A stretch of 64,000 nt of DNA from an uncultured Gemmatimonadota bacterium (GTDB lineage Bacteria > Blakebacterota > Blakebacteria > Blakebacterales > Blakebacteraceae), in assembly GCA_964637695.1 (NCBI GenBank), contig CAZWVF010000003.1, positions 14,838 through 78,837 of the forward strand, read 5' to 3'. The notes beneath the pieces were generated by a model, which was not told where the DNA came from, ran no database searches, and saw nothing but the letters and a program-made list of their open reading frames with translations. The translations under genes and the position numbers were made by a program. Shown in pieces: positions 1-8,216 of the stretch (positions within the stretch are counted from its first letter, which is position 1; the number at the start of each line of letters is the position of its first letter).

Positions 1-710
1 GCCAGCTTCTCCAGAGATGTGTCAGACCTGGGGCCCTCATCCCGATCCACGATGACGGGATCGCCCTTTCGCTGAGGTATCACCACCGGCACGATCTCGT
101 CATTGAATCGGCCGGTGTTCCAGGCGGTTATCGCTCTCCGGTGGCTTTCGAGAGCGAACCGGTCCTGATCCTCCCTCTCGATACCATACGATTCAGCCAC
201 ATTCTCCGCGGTTGCTCCCATACTTACGGGTGGATGCTGTGCGGCAAGCTTGGGATTGGTAAAGTGCCATCCTATGGTGGAATCACAGATCTCCTGGTTT
301 CGATCGAACGCAGTTTCGGCTTTGGAGATAACGAGGGGCGAGCGGCTCATACTTTCAACGCCGCCGGCAATGAAGACGTCTCCCATTCCTGTTTTGACGG
401 CCATCGCCGCCTGGTTGATGGCCTCCAGGCCCGATCCACAAAGACGATTCAGGGTGCATCCTGCGATCTCCACAGGGAAGCCTGCCAGAAGCGCTGCCAT
501 CCTGGCCACGTTGCGATTATCCTCACCGGCCTGGTTCGATGCGCCGAACAGGACGTCCTCCAGCAGCCCGGGATCGATCCCGCTCCGATCGGCCGCCTCC
601 CGCATGACCAGGGCTGCCATGTCATCCGGGCGGATATCTTTCAGAGCACCGCCATATCTGCCGACAGGAGTTCTTACTGCTTCGACGATAACCGCCTCGC
701 GAGATTCCAT
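1..710 (-). CDS. acetyl-CoA acetyltransferase / 3-ketoacyl-CoA thiolase. Only the N-terminal ~236 aa are present because the gene runs off the window edge.
   Basis: Reverse-complement translation from ATG (complement of 708-710) gives MESREAVIVEAVRTPVGRYGGALKD...NRLCGSGLEAINQAAMAVKTGMGDVFIAGGVESMS, typical of a thiolase N-terminus with the active-site Cys region. GAGGG RBS 9 nt upstream. Missing from the ORF track because no stop lies inside the window. The plus-strand ORFs 141..830 and 250..714 are its antisense shadows. Confidence 0.8.
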   Translation of the reverse strand, partial: MESREAVIVEAVRTPVGRYGGALKDIRPDDMAALVMREAADRSGIDPGLLEDVLFGASNQAGEDNRNVARMAALLAGFPVEIAGCTLNRLCGSGLEAINQAAMAVKTGMGDVFIAGGVESMSRSPLVISKAETAFDRNQEICDSTIGWHFTNPKLAAQHPPVSMGATAENVAESYGIEREDQDRFALESHRRAITAWNTGRFNDEIVPVVIPQRKGDPVIVDRDEGPRSDTSLEKL

Positions 711-861
711 ATGATCATAACCCTCATATCGGGTGTGCGACTCCGATTACTGCTTAACGGGGATGCTACATGTTGCAGACCATTTCGGCAATCTGTCCTG
801 CGCTCTTTCCATCTGATTCGGACAGGTTGACGCTCCGGCCGCAACCGCACTACGATATTCT

Positions 862-876
862 TTCGAACGTTCGTTC
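862..876. promoter_or_regulatory. candidate operator TTCGAACGTTCGTTC (contains the 10-bp perfect palindrome CGAACGTTCG) in the thiolase/tetR divergent promoter
   Basis: Perfect palindrome 864-873, 29 bp upstream of the tetR ATG. An identical 15-mer recurs at 22010-22024. Confidence 0.5.
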
Positions 877-897
877 TGCAGCGTTCCGATCGAATCG

Positions 898-1575
898 ATG
901 AACCGGTTAACCCCGACTGCAGTGACAGATACGAAGATGGCCGATAACGAGACAGAAGCCAATTCCATATCAGGAGAACGATCAGCCGCCAAACTGGAGA
1001 AACTGCTGACTGTTGCGGCCGAACTGATGGCCGTGCAGGGTTACGACCAGACCTCTGTGCGCGACGTAGCGCGGGAAACGGGCTTCAGCCTGGCCGGGAT
1101 GTACTACTACTTCCAGAGCAAAGAGGATCTGCTGTACCAGATCCAGTACCGCACCTTTGACTCTCTGCTTCAGGAGCAGGAGGGCATCTCCAGGGGTGAG
1201 GGGAGTGCCGAGGAGAGGCTTCGTCTCTTCGTTCAGAATCATCTCTCATTCTACACCACGCATTTCAACGAGATGAAAGTCTGCACTTTCGAACTTCATT
1301 CCTTGAAGGATGAGCGATACACAACCATCGAGTCGCTCCGCCGGAAGAACTTCAAGATCGCCATGGAAATCGTAAGAGAGATCGTCGAGGGATCCGGCCG
1401 GCCGGATGACGGAGGAGAGGTTGTCCGTCATTACACGCTTTTCATTTTCGGAATGCTCAATTGGATTTTCATGTGGTTCGATCCGGAGCGCGATGCGCCT
1501 CTCGAAAAACTGAGTGACGAACTGGTACAACTGGCGCTGCACGGACTGCGGGACGGCAGTTCACGTGGTGCCTGA
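898..1575 (+). CDS. TetR/AcrR family transcriptional regulator
   Basis: N-terminal HTH signature LLTVAAELMAVQGYDQTSVRDVARETGFSLAGMYYYFQSKEDLL. Divergent from the thiolase gene. A palindromic operator candidate lies 29 bp upstream. Alternative start at M14 (position 937). Confidence 0.85.
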   Translation: MNRLTPTAVTDTKMADNETEANSISGERSAAKLEKLLTVAAELMAVQGYDQTSVRDVARETGFSLAGMYYYFQSKEDLLYQIQYRTFDSLLQEQEGISRGEGSAEERLRLFVQNHLSFYTTHFNEMKVCTFELHSLKDERYTTIESLRRKNFKIAMEIVREIVEGSGRPDDGGEVVRHYTLFIFGMLNWIFMWFDPERDAPLEKLSDELVQLALHGLRDGSSRGA

Positions 1576-1617
1576 CAGCCTGCCGACAGAGGACAGGACA
1601 GAAAAGGAAATCGGGAA

Positions 1618-2580
1618 ATGACACTCTTTCCTTCCAGACCAGCAAGTGAGTTCGATTTTCAGGAGATCCTGTACGAAAAGAAGGACCTCGTAGCCCGAAT
1701 AACGATAAACCGGCCGAAGGCTTACAATGCCTATACGACCCATACCCTCCAGGAACTGATCACGGCATTTACCGATGCTGCGAACGACGACGGAGTGGGG
1801 GTCATAATTTTCACAGGTGCGGGTGACAGGGCCTTTTGCACCGGGGGGGACGTCAAGGAGTACGCCTCGGTTTACACGCAGCGTCCGAGGGACTACTGGA
1901 AGTATATGGGTCTCTTCTCCGGTTATATCGAAAGCATCCTGAAAACCGGTAAGGTGACGATAGCGCGCCTGAACGGCATGGCGGTCGGAGGCGGGAATGA
2001 ATCGCAGCTTGCCTGTGATCTGGCCGTGATGGCCGATGACACTTATATCGCTCAGGTGGGAACGAGTGTGGGCAGTGTGGCCTGCGGTGGTGCCACCCAG
2101 TGGCTCTCCATAGTCGTCGGTGACCGTCGCGCCCGTGAGATCCTCTTTCTGAATCACAAGATACCAGCCGGGCAGGCGCTCGAATGGGGCCTGGTCAACC
2201 GGGTGGTCCCCAGAGACCGGTTGGATGAGGCGGTGGATGAGATGGCCCAGGAGCTGCTGGACAAATTCCCCGAATGCACACGCTACACAAAGGCGCAGCT
2301 CAATTACTGGAAAGAGTCAGTCTGGTACTCGACTGTCGGCCATGCACGTGACTGGCTCAGCACTCACTTCACATCAATGGAACCGTACGAGGGAATGACC
2401 GCCTTCGTGGAGAAGCGCCAGGCCCGTTATCGCGAACTTCGGGAGAAAGCAGCTTCAGGCGGCAGCAGTGAATTCCTGTGGGGACCCTACTCCCATACGT
2501 GCCAGGTATGCGGAGCCGCTGGTATTCCGGCAGAATTTGAATACTGCGGAGTGTGCGGGGCCAAACTGGAGAAAGAATAA
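1618..2580 (+). CDS. MenB/BadI-like crotonase-superfamily enzyme with a C-terminal CxxC-x11-CxxC zinc ribbon. Candidate 2-ketocyclohexanecarboxyl-CoA hydrolase (BadI) or dihydroxynaphthoyl-CoA synthase-type hydrolase.
   Basis: ILYEKKDLVARITINRPKAYNAYT...IFTGAGDRAFCTGGDVKEY...RLNGMAVGGGNESQLACDL closely follows the MenB/BadI pattern (MenB: ILYEK..GIAKITINRP..NAFRP...ILTGAGDKAFCSGGDQ). GGAAA RBS-like stretch before ATG 1618. C-terminal CQVCGAAGIPAEFEYCGVCGAKLEKE. Confidence 0.8.
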   Translation: MTLFPSRPASEFDFQEILYEKKDLVARITINRPKAYNAYTTHTLQELITAFTDAANDDGVGVIIFTGAGDRAFCTGGDVKEYASVYTQRPRDYWKYMGLFSGYIESILKTGKVTIARLNGMAVGGGNESQLACDLAVMADDTYIAQVGTSVGSVACGGATQWLSIVVGDRRAREILFLNHKIPAGQALEWGLVNRVVPRDRLDEAVDEMAQELLDKFPECTRYTKAQLNYWKESVWYSTVGHARDWLSTHFTSMEPYEGMTAFVEKRQARYRELREKAASGGSSEFLWGPYSHTCQVCGAAGIPAEFEYCGVCGAKLEKE

Positions 2581-2591
2581 AGGAGAGATCG

Positions 2592-3341
2592 ATGGAGCTG
2601 GGACTCGACGGCAGGGTTGCCCTTGTAACCGGAGGCGCAAGGGGGATAGGCGCAGCCATTTCACTGGAGCTGGCCCGCCAGGGATGCAGCATTGCGATTG
2701 TCGATATCAGCCCTGCAGATGCGATGAAAGACCTGATTGCCATGATCGATGAGCAGGGAGGCAGAACCCTGGTTCTGCAGTCGGACGTGTCGAAATTCGC
2801 TGAAGCCGAAAAATGTATTGAGTCGGTTCGGACAGATCTGGGAACTCTCGATATCGTGGTCTGCAATGCAGGCGTCAACAGGGATGGCGTTATCTGGAAG
2901 ATGACGGAGGAATTGTGGGATGAGGTTCTGGATATCAACCTGAAGGGCTGCTTCAATTTCTGCAGAGCTGCAGCCAGGGTTTTCCGCGAGCAGGGTCACG
3001 GCAAAATCGTGAATATCGCCTCGATCAACGGCCTGAGGGGCAAATTCGGGCAGAGCAACTATGCTGCTTCGAAGGGGGGCATAATCGCGCTGACCAAATC
3101 TGTCGCCGTTGAACTCGGTCGCTTCGACGTCAATGTCAATGCCGTGGCTCCAGGTATGGTCATGACCGATATGGCCGTTGACATGCCGCAGGAGTTTCTC
3201 GATCAGGCCATCGAAGAGACGGTTCTGGGTCGAATTGCCGAACCCGGGGAGATCGCACACCTGGTGGCATTTCTCTGTTCCGATTACGCCCGCCACATAA
3301 CAGGCGAAGTGATCAAGATAGACGGCGGACAGTATATCTGA
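2592..3341 (+). CDS. short-chain dehydrogenase/reductase (FabG/BadH-like 3-oxoacyl / 2-hydroxyacyl-CoA dehydrogenase)
   Basis: LDGRVALVTGGARGIGAAISLELARQGCSIAIVD Rossmann motif, NAG motif (VCNAGV) and catalytic YAASK. AAGGAGAG RBS at 2581-2588 before ATG 2592. The track ORF begins upstream at 2553, which is probably spurious. Confidence 0.85.
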   Translation: MELGLDGRVALVTGGARGIGAAISLELARQGCSIAIVDISPADAMKDLIAMIDEQGGRTLVLQSDVSKFAEAEKCIESVRTDLGTLDIVVCNAGVNRDGVIWKMTEELWDEVLDINLKGCFNFCRAAARVFREQGHGKIVNIASINGLRGKFGQSNYAASKGGIIALTKSVAVELGRFDVNVNAVAPGMVMTDMAVDMPQEFLDQAIEETVLGRIAEPGEIAHLVAFLCSDYARHITGEVIKIDGGQYI

Positions 3342-3377
3342 CGATATAGAGACCGCAAGAGGAGGAGAGATCGTGGA

Positions 3378-4151
3378 ATGAGTGAAAACAGTGAACTGAC
3401 CAGGTATGAGGTCCGCGAGGATGTAGCGTATATTACCCTCGACTCCCCTCCTTTGAATATCATGACCATTGCGATGATGGATGAGATCAGTGAACTGCTG
3501 GAGAAAGCCGAATCTGACCCATCGGTTAAGGCGGTAGCCTTCACTGCCGAAGGAAAGGCCTTCAGCGGCGGCGCAGACATCGGAGAGCACCGTCCCGAGC
3601 AGGTCGAAGGGATGATCGGTTCGTTCGGACGACTCTTTAATAAGCTGGGTACTCTGGAACTTCCGGTTGTCATGGCTGTGAACGGGGCAGCGCTGGGTGG
3701 TGGATTCGAACTGGTGATGATGGCGGATATCCTGCTGGCAACCCCTGAAGCCACATTTGGACAGCCCGAGATTCGACTCGGATTCTTCGCTCCCGCAGCA
3801 ATAGTCCGTCTGCCCGACCTGGTCGGGACTGCGCGGGCTATTGAGATCACCTGTTCGGGGAAAACGTATGCCGCTGCCGAAATGCGTGAGATGGGTGTGG
3901 TTACACAGATCGTTTCAGAGGAAAACCTGGAGGACACTCTGGAAACCGTACTGAAGGACTTTCGAAGGTCGAGTCCCCTGGTGATGAGAATGAATGTACG
4001 TACCTTGAAAAGTCTGAAAGGGATTGGATTTGTTGAAGCGCTGGCGGAAGCGGAAAAAGTATTCCTCGAGAAACTGATGGCGACTGAGGAGCCTATTGAA
4101 GGGATAGCCTCCTTTTATGAGAAGAGACGTCCGGAGTGGAAGAACAGGTGA
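3378..4151 (+). CDS. enoyl-CoA hydratase/isomerase (crotonase family; BadK/Dch-like)
   Basis: YITLDSPPLNIMTIAMMDEISELL...AVAFTAEGKAFSGGADI...AVNGAALGGGFELVMMAD are crotonase-fold motifs. GAGGAGAG RBS before ATG. Confidence 0.85.
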   Translation: MSENSELTRYEVREDVAYITLDSPPLNIMTIAMMDEISELLEKAESDPSVKAVAFTAEGKAFSGGADIGEHRPEQVEGMIGSFGRLFNKLGTLELPVVMAVNGAALGGGFELVMMADILLATPEATFGQPEIRLGFFAPAAIVRLPDLVGTARAIEITCSGKTYAAAEMREMGVVTQIVSEENLEDTLETVLKDFRRSSPLVMRMNVRTLKSLKGIGFVEALAEAEKVFLEKLMATEEPIEGIASFYEKRRPEWKNR

Positions 4152-4193
4152 TCATGTGATGGAACTTATTGCAGGGGATCCGGGAGTGATGCG

Positions 4194-6443
4194 ATGCACA
4201 CGGTTGTAATAGGCGCCGGGGCTCTGGGAGGCCTGATAGGTGCTCAACTCCACATGGCTGAGAAGAAAGTCACGATGGTCGAGATCAATCAGGCCAGAGC
4301 ACGCCTGATCAACGAGACGGGTATTTACGTCTCAGAGGGGCAGAAGGGGGAACGGTGCGTTCCGGTTACGGTAGCTACTTCCTGCGAAGGCCTCGAACCT
4401 GCCGATCTGATATTCGTGGCTGTGAAGAGCTATCAGACCGATAAAGCAACTCGCAGCGTGCTGCCCCTGATGGGTCCCGACAGCATGGTTCTTTCAATGC
4501 AGAACGGCATTGGGAACACAGATGTGATGGCAGACATCATCGGACCCGAACGCGTGCTCTGCGGAATCACGTATCACAGTATCCAGCATACGGGGCCTAA
4601 CAGACTTCGCTTCAGACCGGGTATAAAGCCGATCCAGATTGCACCGTTTGACGGGAAAATCACACCAGGGATAGAGTCGATCGGTGAACTCTTCACAAGT
4701 GCAGGCCTGGCAACAGAGATTCTTGAGAATATCGATAACGTCATATGGCAGAAACTCCTGCATAACGCCGTCGTTAATCCCGTCTCCGCTCTTTCAGGTC
4801 TGACGTGCAGGGAACTGCTCGATGACGAAGACCTTCAGGACTTCATGCGCGACATGTGCATGGAAATCATCGAGGTTATGAAGGCAAAGGGGATCCCGAT
4901 TATCGACGACGAGGATCCATACAGGCCGGTAACGAATTCACAGAGAGCTCTGGGCAAGAACCGTCCTTCGATGTGGCAGGACCTCGCCCGTGGATTTCGG
5001 ACGGAAGTCGATGCACTCAACGGTGCAATCGTCGTTGAGGCTGAGCGCCTCGGCCTGCCGGCGCCACTCAACCGGACCATCGTCCGTCTGATCCATTCAA
5101 GTGAACGTCAGGGATTCATGCGCCGGGAAGAGATCGCAGAGACACTGAAAAGCGCTGCCGGAGTCATGCCCATACCTGTCTCTCGTCCTACAGTACCGGA
5201 GAAACAGGAAGACATCCCGTCCGGCAGGATCCCCCTGCAGACCGCGCCGGCATTGAAGGAACTGATACGTGAATATTATCAGGAGATCCAGAAGGGCAGT
5301 GAAAATCCCGACCAGCTGTTGGCGTGGGCATCCGGAATGGCTCCTGTTGAGATCATCCGGGCGATGGGGATACTGCCCTACTTCCCGGAAAATCATGCAG
5401 CACTTATCGGATCGAGCCGGCAATCGGGCAAATACATCGCCAGAGCTCTGGCAGAGGGATTTTCGCAATTCGCAAGTACTGCGATGACCTGTGACATAGG
5501 AGCCGTGCTGGTCGGCGACAGTCCTCTGGTGAGTGTTTACGATATCAAGGGTCCTCCCAGAGCCGATGTCATGGTATTCAGCACCAACTTCGGACAGAGG
5601 CTCATCAGGTGGTTCGACTTCTACGGCAGCCACTTCGGTGTTCCCGTTCTGGGGCTTCATCCTCCGGTCGCCCTGAGTGACGTGGGCAAGATCGAAGTCG
5701 ACGCTGCAGCCGGACAGATGATGCGTCTGACTGCAGAGCTGGAAGAGATTGCCGGCAGGAAGCTCGATCCTGACCGTCTTGCAGAAGTCGTAGACCTGTC
5801 GGCACAGTCATCCCGGTTGTGGAGCGAGATACTCGATCTGGCCCGCAACGTGCCGTCTCCGTTCACGACTTTCGATCTCTTCGTGCATATGGCCCCGATG
5901 GTGATGATGAGAGGGACTCAGGAGGCGATAGAGTACTACACGATCCTGAAGGCTGAAATTGAAGAACGGGTCTCCAGCATGCAGGCCGCGGTTCCCGGAG
6001 AGAGATACCGATTTTACTGGGAGGGTCCGCCGGTGTGGGGTGCCCTGCGCACTCTGGCCAAAATGTTCTTCGACAACCGGATTGCCCTGATCGTTTCAAC
6101 ATACTGCAACATGTGGGCGCTCGAGGGACTCGATCCTGGCAACCCGTTCGAGAGCATGGCCCGTACCTATACGGGGATCTTTCCGAACCGCTCCGATGAT
6201 TTCAAGGCAACTTACCTGGTATCGCAGTTTGAGGAACACGGTATAGACTGCGTCGTATATCATGACGGTCGCACCGCTTCGGAGCATAGTAACGTCCGCT
6301 ACGGGCTCGAATTGAAGTTGAGAAGGAAGACCGGCCTGCCTTCCATAGTGATAGAGGCCGATTCGCATGACCTCCGTCTCTTCTCTGCACCTGAAGTCGA
6401 GCGTCAGCTGACCGATTTTCTGGAACAACAGGAGGAACTTTGA
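4194..6443 (+). CDS. fusion protein. N-terminal 2-dehydropantoate 2-reductase (KPR/ApbA)-like NAD(P)-binding domain (~310 aa), then a C-terminal benzoyl-CoA reductase / 2-hydroxyacyl-CoA dehydratase-family catalytic subunit (~430 aa).
   Basis: N-terminus MHTVVIGAGALGGLIGAQL (Rossmann) ... DALNGAIVVEAERLGLPAPLNRTIVRLI (KPR C-terminal helix region). From ~aa 335: LKELIREYYQEIQK...MAPVEIIRAMGILPYFPENHAALIGSSRQ..., which is paralogous to the ORF at 8217..9479 and has the HgdB/BcrB-family look. Continuous ORF with no stop or frameshift. An internal GGAG-2nt-ATG at ~aa 320 has poor RBS spacing. Confidence 0.7.
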   Translation: MHTVVIGAGALGGLIGAQLHMAEKKVTMVEINQARARLINETGIYVSEGQKGERCVPVTVATSCEGLEPADLIFVAVKSYQTDKATRSVLPLMGPDSMVLSMQNGIGNTDVMADIIGPERVLCGITYHSIQHTGPNRLRFRPGIKPIQIAPFDGKITPGIESIGELFTSAGLATEILENIDNVIWQKLLHNAVVNPVSALSGLTCRELLDDEDLQDFMRDMCMEIIEVMKAKGIPIIDDEDPYRPVTNSQRALGKNRPSMWQDLARGFRTEVDALNGAIVVEAERLGLPAPLNRTIVRLIHSSERQGFMRREEIAETLKSAAGVMPIPVSRPTVPEKQEDIPSGRIPLQTAPALKELIREYYQEIQKGSENPDQLLAWASGMAPVEIIRAMGILPYFPENHAALIGSSRQSGKYIARALAEGFSQFASTAMTCDIGAVLVGDSPLVSVYDIKGPPRADVMVFSTNFGQRLIRWFDFYGSHFGVPVLGLHPPVALSDVGKIEVDAAAGQMMRLTAELEEIAGRKLDPDRLAEVVDLSAQSSRLWSEILDLARNVPSPFTTFDLFVHMAPMVMMRGTQEAIEYYTILKAEIEERVSSMQAAVPGERYRFYWEGPPVWGALRTLAKMFFDNRIALIVSTYCNMWALEGLDPGNPFESMARTYTGIFPNRSDDFKATYLVSQFEEHGIDCVVYHDGRTASEHSNVRYGLELKLRRKTGLPSIVIEADSHDLRLFSAPEVERQLTDFLEQQEEL

Positions 6444-6497
6444 ATCGTTCTATTGATAAGACAGGAAACGGGCAGGTTCCGACAAACGGGTGTTGCC

Positions 6498-7283
6498 ATG
6501 TCTGAAGAGAAGAGGATTGTAGCAGCGATTGACGTGGGTACGGAATGTATCAAGGCGGTCGTCATGGATGAAACTACCGCCATCCTGGGTCGTTCCATTA
6601 TTCCTGCCAGCGGTTATTTCCGGCATCGTGTCAAGGAAGCTCTCGACGGCGCACTCGATGACGCCCGATTGGAGCATTCTGATATCGATTCAATTTCGTC
6701 AACCGGTTTCGGCGCCAGCTGTGTCGAGGAGGCGGCAGCTCAACTGGGCGAGACTGCATGTCACGCACGGGGTGCGTTCTTCCACCATAAAGGTGCCATG
6801 TCTGTCATAGACATCGGCGGCCGCGATCCAAAGGTCCTTTACGTCAGCGAAGAGGGTCAGGTCCTCGAGGCCCACATGGTGAGACGGTGTGCGGTCGGTA
6901 TAGGCACCTTTCTCATGTTCACCGCCCGCCACCTCGACGTTCATCCGACACGCCTTCAGGAGCTGGCGGCCGAGGCCGGAGAACCGGCGGACATCGGAAG
7001 TTACTGTTCGGTATTCGCAGGATCGGAGGTCCTCGAACAGCTCCGGGAAGGTACCAGTCGTGAGAATATCGCCTCGGGAGCAATGCGCTCGGTGGCCGAG
7101 AGGATCTTCGAGATCGGCGGCCTGCAGGAACCGGTACGCGTTACAGGCGGAGTCGCTGAATATTTTCCAGGGGTGCTCAAATCTCTCTCTGAAATGACAG
7201 GGATCGAGATCGAGGCTGTTCCGGAACCGATCATGGCGGGAGCAATCGGAGCTGCCCTGAAGAGTCTGAACAGCAGTTCTTGA
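6498..7283 (+). CDS. BcrAD/HgdC-family ATPase subunit (CoA-substrate-specific enzyme activase fold) with both [4Fe-4S]-bridging Cys motifs
   Basis: MSEEKRIVAAIDVGTECIKAVVMDE (ASKHA phosphate-1 motif), VRRCAVGIGTFLM and IGSYCSVFAGSEVL (conserved Cys pair), IMAGAIGAAL at the C-terminus. The track ORF starts 45 nt earlier (6453). ATG 6498 is the chosen start. Confidence 0.8.
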   Translation: MSEEKRIVAAIDVGTECIKAVVMDETTAILGRSIIPASGYFRHRVKEALDGALDDARLEHSDIDSISSTGFGASCVEEAAAQLGETACHARGAFFHHKGAMSVIDIGGRDPKVLYVSEEGQVLEAHMVRRCAVGIGTFLMFTARHLDVHPTRLQELAAEAGEPADIGSYCSVFAGSEVLEQLREGTSRENIASGAMRSVAERIFEIGGLQEPVRVTGGVAEYFPGVLKSLSEMTGIEIEAVPEPIMAGAIGAALKSLNSSS

Positions 7284-7293
7284 ATTTCCATCG

Positions 7294-8094
7294 TTATATA
7301 TCCATGATGATGTCTGCTTGTCCGGTACTCTCTTTCGCAAACAGTGCTGCTCCAAAAGCTCCGCTGAGTTGTGGTTCAGGCGGTATCAGCACCTCTCCAC
7401 GTATATACTTCTTCATCACTTCGAGCATGATGTCATTGTAGGCCACGACCCCTCCCGTCATCACAACAGGTCCCTCCAGGGTATCCATTTCGATCACCCT
7501 TCTGGCGACAGACTCATATGCACTCTTTACCATGTCTTCCAGATTCTCACCCTCTCTTATCCTCGTGAGTATCTCTGAGGAAGCGAAAACGGTGCAGAAA
7601 CTGCTCAAAGCCACATCGTTTTCAGACTTCCGGGCCAGTTCGTTCATCTGGTCCATCTCGATCTGCAGTTTGCCGGCGATCTCTTCCAGAAATGTGCCTG
7701 TCCCCGCTGCACACTTGCGGTTCATCTTGAAACCGGTTCGTTTCCCTTCGCCGTCCAGCTTTATCACTTTGGTATCCTGGCCTCCGATATCTATTACGGT
7801 AATCTGTCGAGGGAAGTGATGAAATGCTCCTTTTGAGTGGCAGGCGATCTCTGTTTTCACATTATCGGCAAGCGTGACATTCTTCCGGCCGAAACCTGTA
7901 GCAGTGATGTGCTGAATCGATTCCCGCTCAGTGGAGCTTGAAAAGAGCAGAGCCTCAAATGTCGAATGGATGGACGATTGCAGATCGGCACCGGAACGCC
8001 CGATGGAGTGTCCGATTATCTCAGCTTTCTCATCTATCAGAACAGCTTTGATGTAAGATGTGCCGACGTCTATGCCTGCAGAGAGTCCAGCCAC
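7294..8094 (-). CDS. second BcrAD/HgdC-family ATPase subunit. It is convergent with the previous gene and stops 10 bp apart from it.
   Basis: MAGLSAGIDVGTSYIKAVLIDE, KMNRKCAAGTGTFLE, LSSFCTVFASSEIL, LSGAFGAALFA are canonical activase/BcrD motifs, including the Cys pair. Confidence 0.8.
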   Translation of the reverse strand: MAGLSAGIDVGTSYIKAVLIDEKAEIIGHSIGRSGADLQSSIHSTFEALLFSSSTERESIQHITATGFGRKNVTLADNVKTEIACHSKGAFHHFPRQITVIDIGGQDTKVIKLDGEGKRTGFKMNRKCAAGTGTFLEEIAGKLQIEMDQMNELARKSENDVALSSFCTVFASSEILTRIREGENLEDMVKSAYESVARRVIEMDTLEGPVVMTGGVVAYNDIMLEVMKKYIRGEVLIPPEPQLSGAFGAALFAKESTGQADIIMDI

Positions 8095-8216
8095 GGTTAT
8101 CTCCGATCTGCTGTCTCGGTTTCGACTTTACAGCAGCAGGTTTAGGATACCACCTCCGCTCCCCTTTCTGTTACTGTCTAATTATCATCCCTCTGTTTTT
8201 CAGTGTGGTCACTCGT

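Noticed and set aside
141-830. Plus-strand ORFs 141..830 (229 aa) and 250..714 (154 aa)
   Set aside because: They are antisense to the clearly recognisable thiolase N-terminus encoded on the minus strand (1..710). Their translations have no motif and are Arg/Ser-rich, which is typical of GC-rich antisense frames.
8058-8216. N-terminal extension of the catalytic-subunit ORF to 8058
   Set aside because: The extension encodes a Cys/Leu/Phe-rich low-complexity peptide and overlaps the divergent ATPase gene by 37 nt. The family-homologous sequence begins at MEQIDMAEEKK (ATG 8217).
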